64,000 nucleotides of DNA from Mobula hypostoma (lineage: Eukaryota): the NCBI RefSeq assembly GCF_963921235.1, contig NC_086108.1:66218001-66282000 (forward strand), read 5' to 3'. A program made the position numbers and the translations under genes. Below are positions 1 to 11,349 of this stretch, piece by piece (within the stretch, counting starts at the first letter, position 1; every line of letters begins with the position of its first letter). The notes under the pieces are model-generated. The model did not search any database and was not told the DNA's origin. It was given only the letters and a program-made list of their open reading frames with translations.

Positions 1-66
1 CCCCTCCCTCACCTTCGTTCATGCCCCAATATAGTCCTTCCAGATGAGACAGCACTTCACCTGCGA

Positions 67-162
67 GCAACACACACAAAATGCTGGTGGAAAGCAGCAG
101 GCCAGGCAGCATCCATAGGAAGAAGCACAGTCAACGTTTCAGGCTGAGACTCTTCATCAGGA
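67..162 (-). mobile_element. ~96-bp pLTR-only mini-element inserted antisense into the PLE
   Basis: Flanked by direct repeat cacctgcga (58-66 and 163-171). Removing it restores the PLE sequence cacttcacctgcgaatctgctgggg. Confidence 0.85.
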
Positions 163-163
163 C
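129..163 (-). ncRNA. Minimal type I hammerhead ribozyme motif
   Basis: Minus strand reads gtc-CTGATGA-agagtctcagcct-GAAA-cg-TT-gact. Core intact, stem II weakened, cleavage triplet GUU. Confidence 0.7.
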
Positions 164-2542
164 ACCTGCGAATCTGCTGGGGTTGTCTATTGCGTCTGGT
201 GCTCTCAATGTGCCTCCCTCTACATTGGTGAGACCCGACATAAATTGGGGGCCACTTCGTTGAGCACCTCTTCTCCATCCGCCCGAAGCAGAACTTCCTA
301 GTGGCCAAACATTTTAATTCCAATTCCTATTCCTGTTCTGACATGTTGGTGTATGGTCTCCAATTGTGTCACAATGGGGCCACCCTTAGGGTGGAGGACC
401 AATGCCTTATATTCCGTTTGGGTAGTCTCCAACCTGATGACATGAATATCGATTTCTTCTTTTATTAAAAAAATTCTCTCCTCCTCCCCTCTATTTTCCA
501 CTCTGGCCTCTTATCTCTTCTCACCTGCCTAGCTACCTCCTCCTTCCCTTTCTCCTCTGGTCCACTCTCCTCTCCTATTAGATTGGTTCCTTTCCTACCC
601 ACCTGGCTTTGCCTATCACCTTCTAGCTATCCTCCATCCTCTCCCCCAACTTTTTATTCTGGCATCTTCCCCCTTTGTTTCCAGTCCTAAAGAAATGTCT
701 TGGCCTAATCAGCCACTGTTTATTCCCCTCCATAGATATTGCTTGACCTGTTGAGTTGCTCCAGCATTTTGCGTATGGGCTGCTTTGGATTTTCAGCATC
801 TGCAGTATTTCTCATGTATGCCTTCTCTGCTTCTTTTGCTAATCACCTAAATTTGCATTCACCATATACTGACCTCCCTGCCATGGAAACAGCTTCCTCT
901 TGGTTACTCCATCAAAACCCGACTCTTGATTTCAAATATCCCTGCAAGGTATTCCTTAAGCATTCTCTATGGAGAATGAAAGCTATCCACTATCTCCACA
1001 AACTGCTGTCTCATTTCCTAGGAACCTGTCTTTAAAGAAAGGTCCTGACATCATTCACAAATTCCAGGAAGAAGCACAATTCTCCACATGAGCATAACCA
1101 GTTATTTATAAAGATGCTCGGCTTCTGTAGACAATTTACTATTGCATGCATATTTTAAGTCTTCTCAAGCTGTTCAACAACTTTTAAGTATTTGTATTCA
1201 CCCACCCCAACCGTTCTCTGCTTTGGCATTTTATATCTTTTCTTCATCTGGGCTGACTCTCAGGATGATGTGTATTGGGTCATATGCTGAAAACTGACAC
1301 CAGTGGTTCTGAATGGAAACACCGGTGTTTAACGTATTCAATGGCAGTGCATCCGGAAGTCAGCTATACGCTGTCCTGTCAATCATGGACATCCCCAGAT
1401 GTGCAGCGCTAAACCTCCAGGTGCCTGGGATGCTCCAGCATCTGCCCTGAGGTTTCTGCCTCTCAGATACTGAGCCAGTTTAGACTTGGAGCAGGACCCG
1501 AGACACCATTGATTTTGGAGAGGATTATAGTCAGACTGTGGATTAGGAGGCAAAGGAAGAGTAATTTACTGTTTTCCAAGTTATTTAGCTTAATGACTTT
1601 AATTTTCCATAAATGGTTTCAGGTGTTTGTCATTTTTCTTATTATTCATATATTAAAATATTAGCCTCAATAGTAATTGATTTTAAGTGCTCCAGAATGT
1701 CAGAAACATGTAAGAGCTACCGGGAAGTGTGATCGCTGTGCTCCTATACCCATTCTGATAATAGGTTCCTGGAAGGTTTGGAAGATTGAAATGGGTTCTC
1801 TGGACTTAGCCCAGTACGCATTCACAAGTGTATCTGGGGGTAAACCCAGGGCAGCCATATCCTGCTCATTTCCTTTCACAAAATTTATTCTATTTATACA
1901 CAAATATGTTTTAGGGAATATCAAAGCTTTTGCTGCATCCTGAAATGTGCACATATATTTATTTTCTGTCTCAATTCAAGAATTAAGCACCAGGAGTTGA
2001 AAGGTTTCTTCTATTGATAGATTCTTGAACCAAACTTTAGCCAGACCATGAACCACTAATTTTGATTTCAGATTTAAAATGGGCCATTTTTATTTTTATT
2101 GCCAAATTCAGCAATTTTCGAAGAATATTTTTTTAAATTCTTTGAGCATTTTAGTGCCAGTGGTAATAAGCCCCAAGAAAAATGCCTTGACTTTTTTGGC
2201 AATGGGCCTAATGTATGTTTGGAAAGGAATAAAAAAGGGTAGAATGATAAACAAAGAAACTTCAAACTTTATATATATAACCTGCAAAATTTTAATATTC
2301 TTTCTCAACATCTATTGAAAAGATATCGCTTGAACAATTCCTGTAGCAGATATTCCTCACCTCAGAACAATTGTATCCAGTAGCTAATAATCTCTAACCT
2401 GAAATTAATTCTCCTGTGCTGTACCATGCAATTGCTGTGAACCAAGTTCTAACAGATCAATTTTATTCTGTTAATTTATGGCATTAGGAAGAGTGTGCCT
2501 ATTCTTTTCTTCAGTCTAAGATTACACTGTTTTATCCCACAG

Positions 2543-2614
2543 CTGCCAATTGACATTGGTTGTGAATCTGATGCACAAGCAGTGCTAGTGTTATATACAA
2601 TGACAGGAGCTCAG
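2543..2614 (+). other. Candidate 72-nt exon (LPIDIGCESDAQAVLVLYTMTGAQ), gene unknown
   Basis: Acceptor ctgttttatcccacag, donor cag|gtaaca, one open frame, non-repeat context. Peptide not recognised. Confidence 0.25.
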
Positions 2615-3873
2615 GTAACAATGGTTTCCTTCCTCTTGACAGAAAAATTGGCTTGGAAAATGAAGTAGGAAACTCAGAGCAACATAACCTGCTACAAATT
2701 TTGAATTCATTTTCCAGTGGGGAAGAAACATTTGGTGCATACATTTGACTGATAACTTAATATTATCCTCCCCAAGAGCAGAACCAGGCCAGGCTTCAGT
2801 ATATTCCCAGAGAGAGTTCTTTTAGTTCAGACCACGATGATCCAAATGAAATGCAAACCCAAAAGAAATATGATGTAAACTCAGCATTATAGCACTTTAA
2901 GGGATTGTATCCTTCTTTTCCAACCGATTGGAATTTGGGTTCAATTTGACTCCGGTTCTCTGGTGCTAAATTTGAAGGTGATTAAGTTAAACATTACAAT
3001 AACAATGGAAATTTATGGATGGTATTATATATATATTTAAATCTTTCTGGATTAATCTCAAATCATAAGACACGGAAAAAAAAGATTTATCACAGTATCA
3101 CTCTGCACAAGGCATAGCAAAGAAGAAAGTGCATAAAAATATTTTGGTCAACAGTAAAATAAACATCTCTTTAACTGTTAATTAAGGTGTTATTCAGTTC
3201 ACTTATATGGTGCATTTAATGCAGCAAAATGCCCCAAAGCATTTCACAGGATCTTTATTTTATCAGTCATCATTGTTGAAACATAATAAACTAAGCTTGA
3301 ATCTGAAGTGAAGCTTGCTAATATTTAAGAGTATAAACAGAACTTTAAATGACATTCAATAATATTATGGTGAGTTTTGTGAGTTAACATTTTTTTATTG
3401 AACTTTCTACATACAAATATGAAAGTGCTCTTGCCTGTAACTGTAATGTTTGTTTTGGATGGCAGACCAAAGTTAAACAAAGAAATACAGTCTTCCCAGG
3501 AACTCTAAGCAGCCCCAGAAAGGAACTTTGAAAAGAACTTTTGCTTTCTCTGTTTTCTCTGGTGTAAAATCTCCACTTGCAAACATTACTCACCAGCAGT
3601 GTTGTACATATAGGTAAGTTATGCATTGTTGGACCGTTAGTCACTCAAAGTTCTTACTTAGTTCATGGTATCAAGACTCAACTACAGTTAGAGATTTATG
3701 ATAAATAACTACTTCCAGCAGATATAAAGCATTTAGTGATAATAAACTAGGAAACTTGAAGTAGTTCACTGTTTCTTAAAAGTCTAGATACCTATTTTTA
3801 ACATGTTCCTCTTGCACTACTTAGTTTTATGCAGAGCCACACAGTCTCAGAGAAATCCAACCTCGATTAACTC

Positions 3874-4092
3874 ATAAAGACAAGAGATTTTGCAGATGCT
3901 GGAAATCCAGAGTAACACACAAAATATGCTGGAGGAACTCAGCAGGTCAGACAGCATTAATCGAGAGGAATAAACAGTCAATGTTTCCGGCCTAGTCCTG
4001 ATGAAGTGTCTTGGCCTGAAATGTCGATTGTTTATTTCTCTCCATAGATGGTACCAGGCTTGCTGACTTCCTCCAGCGTTTTGTGTGCGCTG
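3874..4092. mobile_element. Head-to-head inverted pair of PLE pLTR segments with a hammerhead motif (3994-4029, +)
   Basis: Minus copy ~3874-3992 and plus copy ~3993-4092. Flanked by acctcgattaactc (3860-3873) and acctcgattagctc (4093-4106). Motif agtc-CTGATGA...GAAA-tg-TC-gatt. Confidence 0.85.
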
Positions 4093-5654
4093 ACCTCGAT
4101 TAGCTCCTGTCATTTAAGGTATGGAAGTATTATTTCAGTTGGCCAAGTGAACGTAAATCTGGGCAAAAGATCTGTTTGGATTTCATTCAAGATAGTTATA
4201 CACAAATCCTTACTGGAAGATAGACAAGCACATGCTGGGTGAAAGCAATAAGTAGTTGAGTTATTATGCCTCTGATAATGGCTATGCTTGCTAGTATTCA
4301 CTGTCTATGCTGATGCATTTGAATGTGTAGTGATCTGAGTGAAAAAGCTATTAATGCTTTGATAGCCTCAGTCAAATATTAGTCGCTACTTTTATCATGG
4401 GAACGTAGGAAATATTGGATATAAAAATAACCAGAAAAATAAAATCGTTCTCTTTGCATGACTAGAGTATCTCTTTTATGTAAAAAAAACTGGAAATTCT
4501 CCTCTTGAGTCTACACCAGCGTAAACAGTCTCAGGTAGCTGCAAATACTCCTTGTAACTGTTGTTCTTCATCCACATATGATACTGCTGAATTGACACTG
4601 CTTATTTTTAGTGATTTTCATGTCTTTTTCTATAAAGACCTACCTGAAATTATAGATAGTACTTTGGAATAATCATTGCCATCAAAGCTGACACAATTTT
4701 TTACACTTGTACTCTTACGGCCTCTTCGCAAAAACCACAATAACTTCCATGTGTTGAGAAAATCTATAGATTTAAAATAACAATTATTAGTTATGACTAA
4801 CTCAGTTAAAGTAGGAGACAAAAGAATTCCATAAAAACATGTTAACATTTACATCAGTCTGGTTTCATGGCAAAGACTACTATAATCTGATTCAGACTCT
4901 TTTATTTGCATGTGTTTATTCTTAAATGAGCAAACTTTAAATGAGGTTACATAACCTCATTTTCTTTTATGCAGGTATAGATGAATATTATTTTTTATAT
5001 TTGCATAATAATACACTTCATTCCCTTTGATATGTAGTATTCCATTCCATTTGTAGTGATTGCTGCCAATAGCTTTGCTCAAATAGTAGCAGAACTAATA
5101 TTTGTCTCAAAAGCAAAGTGTCATTTTCCTGTTAGTTTGCTCTATTTTTCTCCATTCTTGTCACAAAGTCCATGACTGCTGTATGGATTTAGAGAGCTGG
5201 TTGAAAACAAATTAGCTATATGGGGTAATACAGATAAGCTCCACCTTCTCCTTGTTTGATTTTCACAGAAATAGGATTTGAGCAGCTTTCTATTCTTGTT
5301 GAATCATTTCTATTGTGCTAAAAGTTTAAACAAGGAGTCTTCTCCAAAATATTGCAGGGTTATTTGATCGGCCATTATGTACTGAAAAGTTCTGACTGCT
5401 GGAGTGCTTACCAATGAAATTGCAACTCTTACCTGCCATTGATATTCTTGGTGTTTCAGGCTATAAACACAGAGCATCAGACAGTTCAGAAAGTGAGTTA
5501 AATTGCTTGGAGAATGGTGTAGCTGCTCTTTGTAGACCAAATTACAAAATTTGCATCACTGAACTATTCTTCCTGACCACAATGGGAAGCCAATTATCGT
5601 CTTCCTATCAGTGGTTAACTGATCAATTACCTCAGCACAGGGATTTATTTTTAT

Positions 5655-5920
5655 TTTTATTTATTTAGAGATACTGCATTGAACAGGCTTTTCTGGCCCA
5701 ATGACCACACCACTCAGGACAACTCACAATGAGTAATTAACGTACTAACTGGTGCATCTTTAGACTGTGGGAGAAAACCAGAGCACCTGGAGGAAACCCA
5801 CTCAGTTCACGGGGAGAACATACAAACTCCTTAAGGACGGCGCTGGAATTGAACTCATAACTCTGGAATGCCTGAGCAGAAATAACGCTGTGTTAACTGG
5901 TACACTACTGTGGCGCCCCA
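5655..5920 (-). mobile_element. tRNA-derived V-SINE (HE1-like)
   Basis: V-core tgtgggagaaaaccagagcacctggaggaaacccac...ggggagaacatacaaactcc, B-box complement ggaattgaactc, CR1-like tail aacaggctttctggccca. Confidence 0.8.
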
Positions 5921-6849
5921 AATTTAAAACATGACAATTGCTAAGGGAGCTTCTGTGCAACATCATTAGTTACTTTTCACTACATTGAGAATTGTGTATA
6001 GTAGTCACTTGAAAACAGATTGGTGCATTATAAAATTTCAGAAATAAATAAGAATTCCAAAGAATTTTAAATATTGGGTTGCTTTAATAATTGCATCACT
6101 GTAGTTTATATACTAGAGAATCACTGGAGTAATATTCATTGTTTTTCATGGTAATTATCAAATCAATAACATCAGTTTGAAAGAATAATCTAAACTATTC
6201 ATATTCTATTAATTTTCTGCTAAGAAAACAAGAGATTAGGTTGTGTACATTAGAACTTGGAGAGGTCTGAGTATTTATTTTGGAAGGGAAAATCTTGCTT
6301 AACCACAACAGGAATGCTCATGAGAAAGCAAATATCCCCCAAAGCAACTCCAGCAGCAGTTCTCTCTCCAATTCACTGGATAAATGTCAAAACAAACCTA
6401 CCCTTGGCCATTTCTAAAGATGCAAAGGTTTTTTTTGGAGAATGACAATCTTAGATCGATTCTGTACATTCAGTATCTGTTTACTAATATCTAGAGGTGC
6501 CAGGTTAAAAGCAGAATTTAATCCCAGGTGTGTATTGGTTTGGCTACAAAATGTAGTAATGGAGTGAAAAATTCCCTTCTCTGCCAAATTTTGGGAAACG
6601 GATCCACTTTAGCATTGGTCAATTGCAAATAAAAAGATCTCTCTATAATTTTACCCAGCTACTAATCTCAATTTAAGACACACCTGGAATGATCACTCTG
6701 GGAAATTGCAAAGTACTCAGACTGATAGACAGATAGACAGACTGATAGATTCATGGTTGATAGACATGGAAAGAGTACTCCAGTCTCTGGCACTTACCTC
6801 TGAATTGTTTCAGATTAATAAGCTCAAAAAAGAAAAAAAAGCCGAATGA

Positions 6850-7770
6850 AATAGAGTCATAGAATAGAGCCATAGGACAGTACAGCACAAAAACTGGCCC
6901 TTTGGCCCATCTAGTCCATACTAAACAATTACTTTGCCTAGTCTCATCGATCTGCATCTGGACCATATCCAAACTTCTCTTAAATTTTGTAGTCAAACCC
7001 GAATACACCACTTTAGCTGGCAACTCATTCCACATTTTCACAACCCTCTGAGTGAGAAAATTTTGCCTCAGGTTCCCTCTAAATATTTCACCTTTCACCT
7101 TTAACCTATGCTTTCTAGTTCTAGTTCCACCCAACTTCCGTAGAAAATGCCTGCTTGATTTACCCAATCTATACCCCTCATAATCTTACTTTTGGACATC
7201 CCAAATCTAGAGGAAAAGACAGTTGCCACCCACTATGCCTCCTATTTTTTTAAACATTTCTGTAAAGCTTCACACTCTTCTTCATTGTTCCAAGAAAGAA
7301 AGATCTAGCCTGGCCAGCCTCTTCCGATAATTCAGGGTCTCTAGTCCTGGCAACATCCTTGCAAATGTTTTCTGTAATTTTATACTTCATACTTTATTGT
7401 CACCAAACAATTGATACTAGAACGTACAATCATCATGGCGATATTTGATTCTGCGCTACCCGCTCTCTGGATTACAAATCGATAGTAAATATTAAAAATT
7501 AAAATTATAAATCATAAATAGAAAAATAGAAAAATGGAAAGTAAGGTTGTGCAAAAAAAACCGAGATGCAGGTCCGGATATTTGGAGGGTACGGCCCAGA
7601 TCCGGGTCAGGATCCGTTCAGCAGTCTTATCACAGTTGGAAAGAAGCTGTTCCCAAATCTGGCCAAATTTTTTCAGTTTAATCAACTTTTGTATAACAAG
7701 GTGATGAAAACGTTACACAGCACTCCACGAGCAGCCTCACCAATGACTAATACAACTGCAACAGCCAATA
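6850..7770 (-). mobile_element. CR1 LINE 3' fragment, interrupted at 7379-7663
   Basis: ORF 6751-7167 contains TRKHRLKVKG...NFLTQRVVKMWNELP, the CR1 ORF2 C-terminus. The catagaatagagccatagg tail is present. Confidence 0.9.
7379..7663 (-). mobile_element. Rex1/Babar-like LINE 3' end inserted in CR1
   Basis: Minus strand contains aacagcttctttccaactgtgataagactgctgaac (NSFFPTVIRLLN) followed by an aataaag tail. Confidence 0.75.
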
Positions 7771-8041
7771 AAAATGGCCAAATGCAGTTCCATAACTGTT
7801 CTGATATCCTTTATCTTTGAGCTCATACCACTTTCAAATGCACACTGACAATTTTTCTGACTCCCTTCTCTCTCATTGATAACATCATGGCTGCGTTATA
7901 TGGTGACTTTTTCCTGCTTACTATCACCAATTTAGAGGCCACACTGTTAAGAGTCCAACTTGAAGCTCTGTGTCCTATTGTTTGGTTCTATGTCTCCCTT
8001 CCCAAAAGGTCAGTAAAGCTGAAACCAATAATAGTTAACTC

Positions 8042-8245
8042 TGGAGACACAAGAGACTGCAGATGTTGGGAAGAATATTTTCTGGCGTGAAAAAAAACAA
8101 AGTTGGAGGAATTCAGCAGGTCAAGCAGCATTTGTGAAGACAAAATGTTCTGATGCGGGATCTGACATCAAACATCAACTATCTCTTTTTGTCCTCACAG
8201 ATGCTTGACCCACAGCATTCTTCCCGCAGTTTGTTTCTGCTCCAG
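8042..8245. mobile_element. Degenerate inverted PLE pLTR pair
   Basis: Minus arm gacacaagagactgcagatg...cagcaggtcaagcagcat, then plus arm ctgatgc...cacagatgcttgaccc...ctccag. Confidence 0.6.
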
Positions 8246-8319
8246 AATATGTAATGTTGTCATTTCTAAATCTTATCCATTGTAAGACCTGCCCACTTCT
8301 AATATTGTAACATTAAAAC

Positions 8320-8925
8320 CAGAATCAGGTTTATTATCACTGGCATATATTTTGGAACTTATTGTTTTGTGTCATTGTACAGTGCAGGACAGAGTGTTTA
8401 CAATAAGTTACAATGAATAAACAAACAAACAAATAAATAAATTGTGCATAGGAAGAATAGTGAGGAAGTATTCAAGGGTTCTTGGACCATTCAGAAAACT
8501 GCTGGCAGAGGGGAATATGCTGTTTCTAACATGTTGAGTGTGTATCTTCGAACCCTGTACTCCCCTTCATGATGATAGTAATGAGAAGAGGGCATATCCC
8601 AGATGGTGAGGGTCCTTAATGATGAACACAGCCTTGTTGAAGACACCGTTTTTTGAAGATGTCCTTGATGGTGGAGAGAGTTGTGCCAGTGATGTAGCTG
8701 GTTGGTCTATAGCCACTTTCAATTCTGTGCATGGGAGCCTCCATATCAGGCAGTGAAGCAACCAGTCAGAATGCATGGTATATCTGTAAAAATTTGCTAC
8801 AATCTTTAGTGATATACCAAATTTCATCAAAGTCCTAATGAAGATTAGCTGCCGGCATGCCTTCTTCATGATTGCATCAATGTGTTGGGCCCAGGATAGA
8901 TCCTCTGAGATGCTGCCACCCCGAA
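8320..8925 (-). mobile_element. Rex1/Babar-like LINE 3' fragment
   Basis: ORF 8567-8869 KKACRQLIFIRTLMKFG...ANFYR...IIKDPHHLGYALFSLL. Tail aataaacctgattctg. Confidence 0.85.
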
Positions 8926-9348
8926 AATCACTGGATTCAAGTGAAACCTTTCTCTATGCCTCAAAGCATGTCTGGACATGTTGTCTTCTCATAAGCCTCC
9001 TGAACTCTGTCCTAAGTAATCTCCAGTCTACATATTGATTTACTGGCTACATCCTAACCTGAACTAGGTTTTCACATCAATCTCCTGTTTGCTAACTTAC
9101 ACTAATTCTGAATACCCATGAATCTTAAGGGTTGTTTGTCGTGTCTAACAATGACAGGAAACCTGTGTGGGAGACGTTTTAACTTCTGGTTAAGATTCTG
9201 CTACCAAATGCATGTGACAACTCACTAGCAGTTAAAAAGGCAAGAAATTTGACTAAAAACATCACTAAAAGCAACTTTTCTGAGGTAAATTGTGTTAAAC
9301 TATAGCCACAAACAGTGAGGGGGGGGGCGAGCGATGGTGAGGTGAGGT

Positions 9349-9909
9349 TAGGGTTGACAACTTTCTCACTCCCAAATAAGGGACAAAAGTAGCAGTCAAA
9401 TACGGAACACTTGTGTTTACCCCGAGAAAGACTACGATGACCATGAAGCCTTGTGGGGGCATGTGTGTGCGCGCATGCGTGTCGTTTGCATACGTGACGG
9501 GCGCATGCGTGTACGTGCCGATTTTTTTCTACATATCGGTTTTGGCTGAATCTTCCCATTTCTGTTAAGTGAAACTACACTGTACATACATTATTTCTAC
9601 TTTATATAGTCTGTGTATTTATCATATCATTCCTGCTTTTACTATATGTTAGTGTTATTTTAGGTTTTATGTGTTATTTGGTATGATTTGGTAGGTTATT
9701 TTTTGGGTCTGGGAACGCTCAAAAAGTTTTCCCATGTAAATTAATGGTAATTGCTTCTTCGCTTTACGTCATTTCAGCTTTGAACAGTTTCATAGGAACG
9801 CTCTACCTTAGCGGGGGAAATACGGGACAAGTGTGGTCCCATATGGAACAAACCAATTTAGCCCAAAATACGGGATGCCTCGGCTAATATGGGACAGTTG
9901 GCAACCCTA
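9349..9909. mobile_element. hAT-type MITE (561 bp)
   Basis: TIRs tagggttgacaact / agttggcaacccta. Exact 8-bp TSD ggtgaggt at 9341-9348 and 9910-9917. No transposase ORF. Confidence 0.92.
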
Positions 9910-9917
9910 GGTGAGGT

Positions 9918-10755
9918 CGAGGGATATGCCAAGATGGTGCATTGCAGAATCGATGCAGATAGAGTGATCCATTCAGAGAGGAGAAGTTGCTGTAGAGTTC
10001 TGATGCCTGTTCAACAGGCCCGGGTGCGAAGCTGAATCACTCTGGGTACCAAGCTGACTTGAAGAGCTTGAGAGTGGCTTCTTGTTGGGCAGTGCGGTCT
10101 AGGCCCAAAGCCCTTTGCAGTAGCCAAGTCCTAGAGTGAGGAAAAATCCGCTGTGCTGGCTCAGATCAGAGGCGAGAGCAAATTTCACTCACTTTCCACG
10201 ATGTTTATTCCTCTCCCCAGTGTGCTGAAACCTTTCGCTGTTCCGTTGCTTGGTCAATTTAAATCCTGAGCTAGATAGACTGAAAAGACAGGGTGTGGGG
10301 ATCTGAGGCAAGAGCTGATTTTGCCCGCTCTCTGTGATGTTCAGTCCTCTCTTCATGGTGCTGAGACTATGAAGACTGCCCTGGCTGCTATGCTCCGTGC
10401 CCACTAATATGGTGAACTGATGTGAGGCTTTGGGCCTACTCCAGGTGGCTCTGGGGTTCGGATCTGAGGACTCAATTGGCGGCCTGGCCTGCTGCGTTCA
10501 CCAGCAATTTTTATGTGTGTTGCTTGAAATTCCAGCATCTGCAGATTTCCTTGTGTTTGGTTCGGAATGTTGTTGTTTGCTTCAATTGTTTGCATGATTT
10601 GTGTTTTTTTCATTTCTCTTGCGCATCGGGTGTTGGTCTTTCAATTTTTTTGGGGGGTTCTTTTGGGTTCCTTGTTTTGTGGCTACCAGTAAGCAAACAA
10701 ATTTCATGGTTGTATAATTTATACATTCTTTGGTAATAAATGTACTTTGAATGAT
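9918..10755 (+). mobile_element. Non-autonomous retroposon with a Rex/Babar-like 3' tail; carries a PLE pLTR tail insert at ~10481-10558
   Basis: GC-rich body ending gttttgtggctacc...ggttgtataatttatacattctttggtaataaatgtactttgaa. Insert ggcctgctgcgttcaccagc matches ~53060-53080. Confidence 0.6.
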
Positions 10756-10859
10756 TAATTCTTTTAATCTTTGAAAGTGGAAAAGCTGTTACATTGGGGT
10801 AGTTTCACTGTCTTGATCTCAGAAGTCTGCTTCCAATGATACAATAAGTTACATAAACT

Positions 10860-11175
10860 AGGGTCTTGCATGGTTGCAGTGGATGACCATGATGTCTTCT
10901 GTACCTTGTCATGCCTTTCACTCTCCACAGAGCGTTGCAGTTTCACCTTTCTGGCTGTTGAATCTCACTGTAGATCTCATCCACCCAGACCGCCAGAGCT
11001 GACTCCACATGCTGGGACAGGCGCGTCCCTAACTCACCAGGTATGAGGCCACTGGCTACTCTCAGCTGGTTTAGCCCGTCTGTTAAAGCAGTGTACTGGG
11101 GTGTGGCTACTATAGCATGCAAACAGCTACTTGGAGGCACACGTGAGAGCCCTCCCTGAACACCCCATACACCTC
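10860..11175 (-). mobile_element. 5' part of a second copy of the non-coding retroposon at 37142-37845, including the HDV-like fold (~11060-11175)
   Basis: Shared blocks gcagtggatgacca, catgcaaacagctac, ggggtgtggc and acaccccatacac. Confidence 0.8.
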
Positions 11176-11349
11176 TGAATACAGCCAAATGAAACAGCAT
11201 TCCTCTGGGGCCAAGATGCAAAACACTGTACCAACAGTCATACACAGCGCAAGGCACATGTAGCTCATATAGGATAGCAGTAAACATACAGACACACACA
11301 AAAAAATTATAAGCCAAGTCCTTGAGCGCCATGTTCTGTAAATTCTTGC

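Larger units (their letters stand above)
1..815 (+). mobile_element. Penelope-like element (PLE) 3' fragment: decayed GIY-YIG coding end, CT-rich tract, degenerate hammerhead and pLTR tail
   Basis: Colinear with the cleaner copy at 52155-53095 (tacattggtgagacc = YIGET; ttgggtagtctccaacctgat = LGSLQPD). Tail catagatattgcttgacctgttgagttgctccagc. Confidence 0.9.

Noticed and set aside
1260..1560. Slightly GC-rich patch with a ccggaagt ETS-like motif as promoter or exon
   Set aside because: Single short motif, no CpG island and no convincing reading frame.
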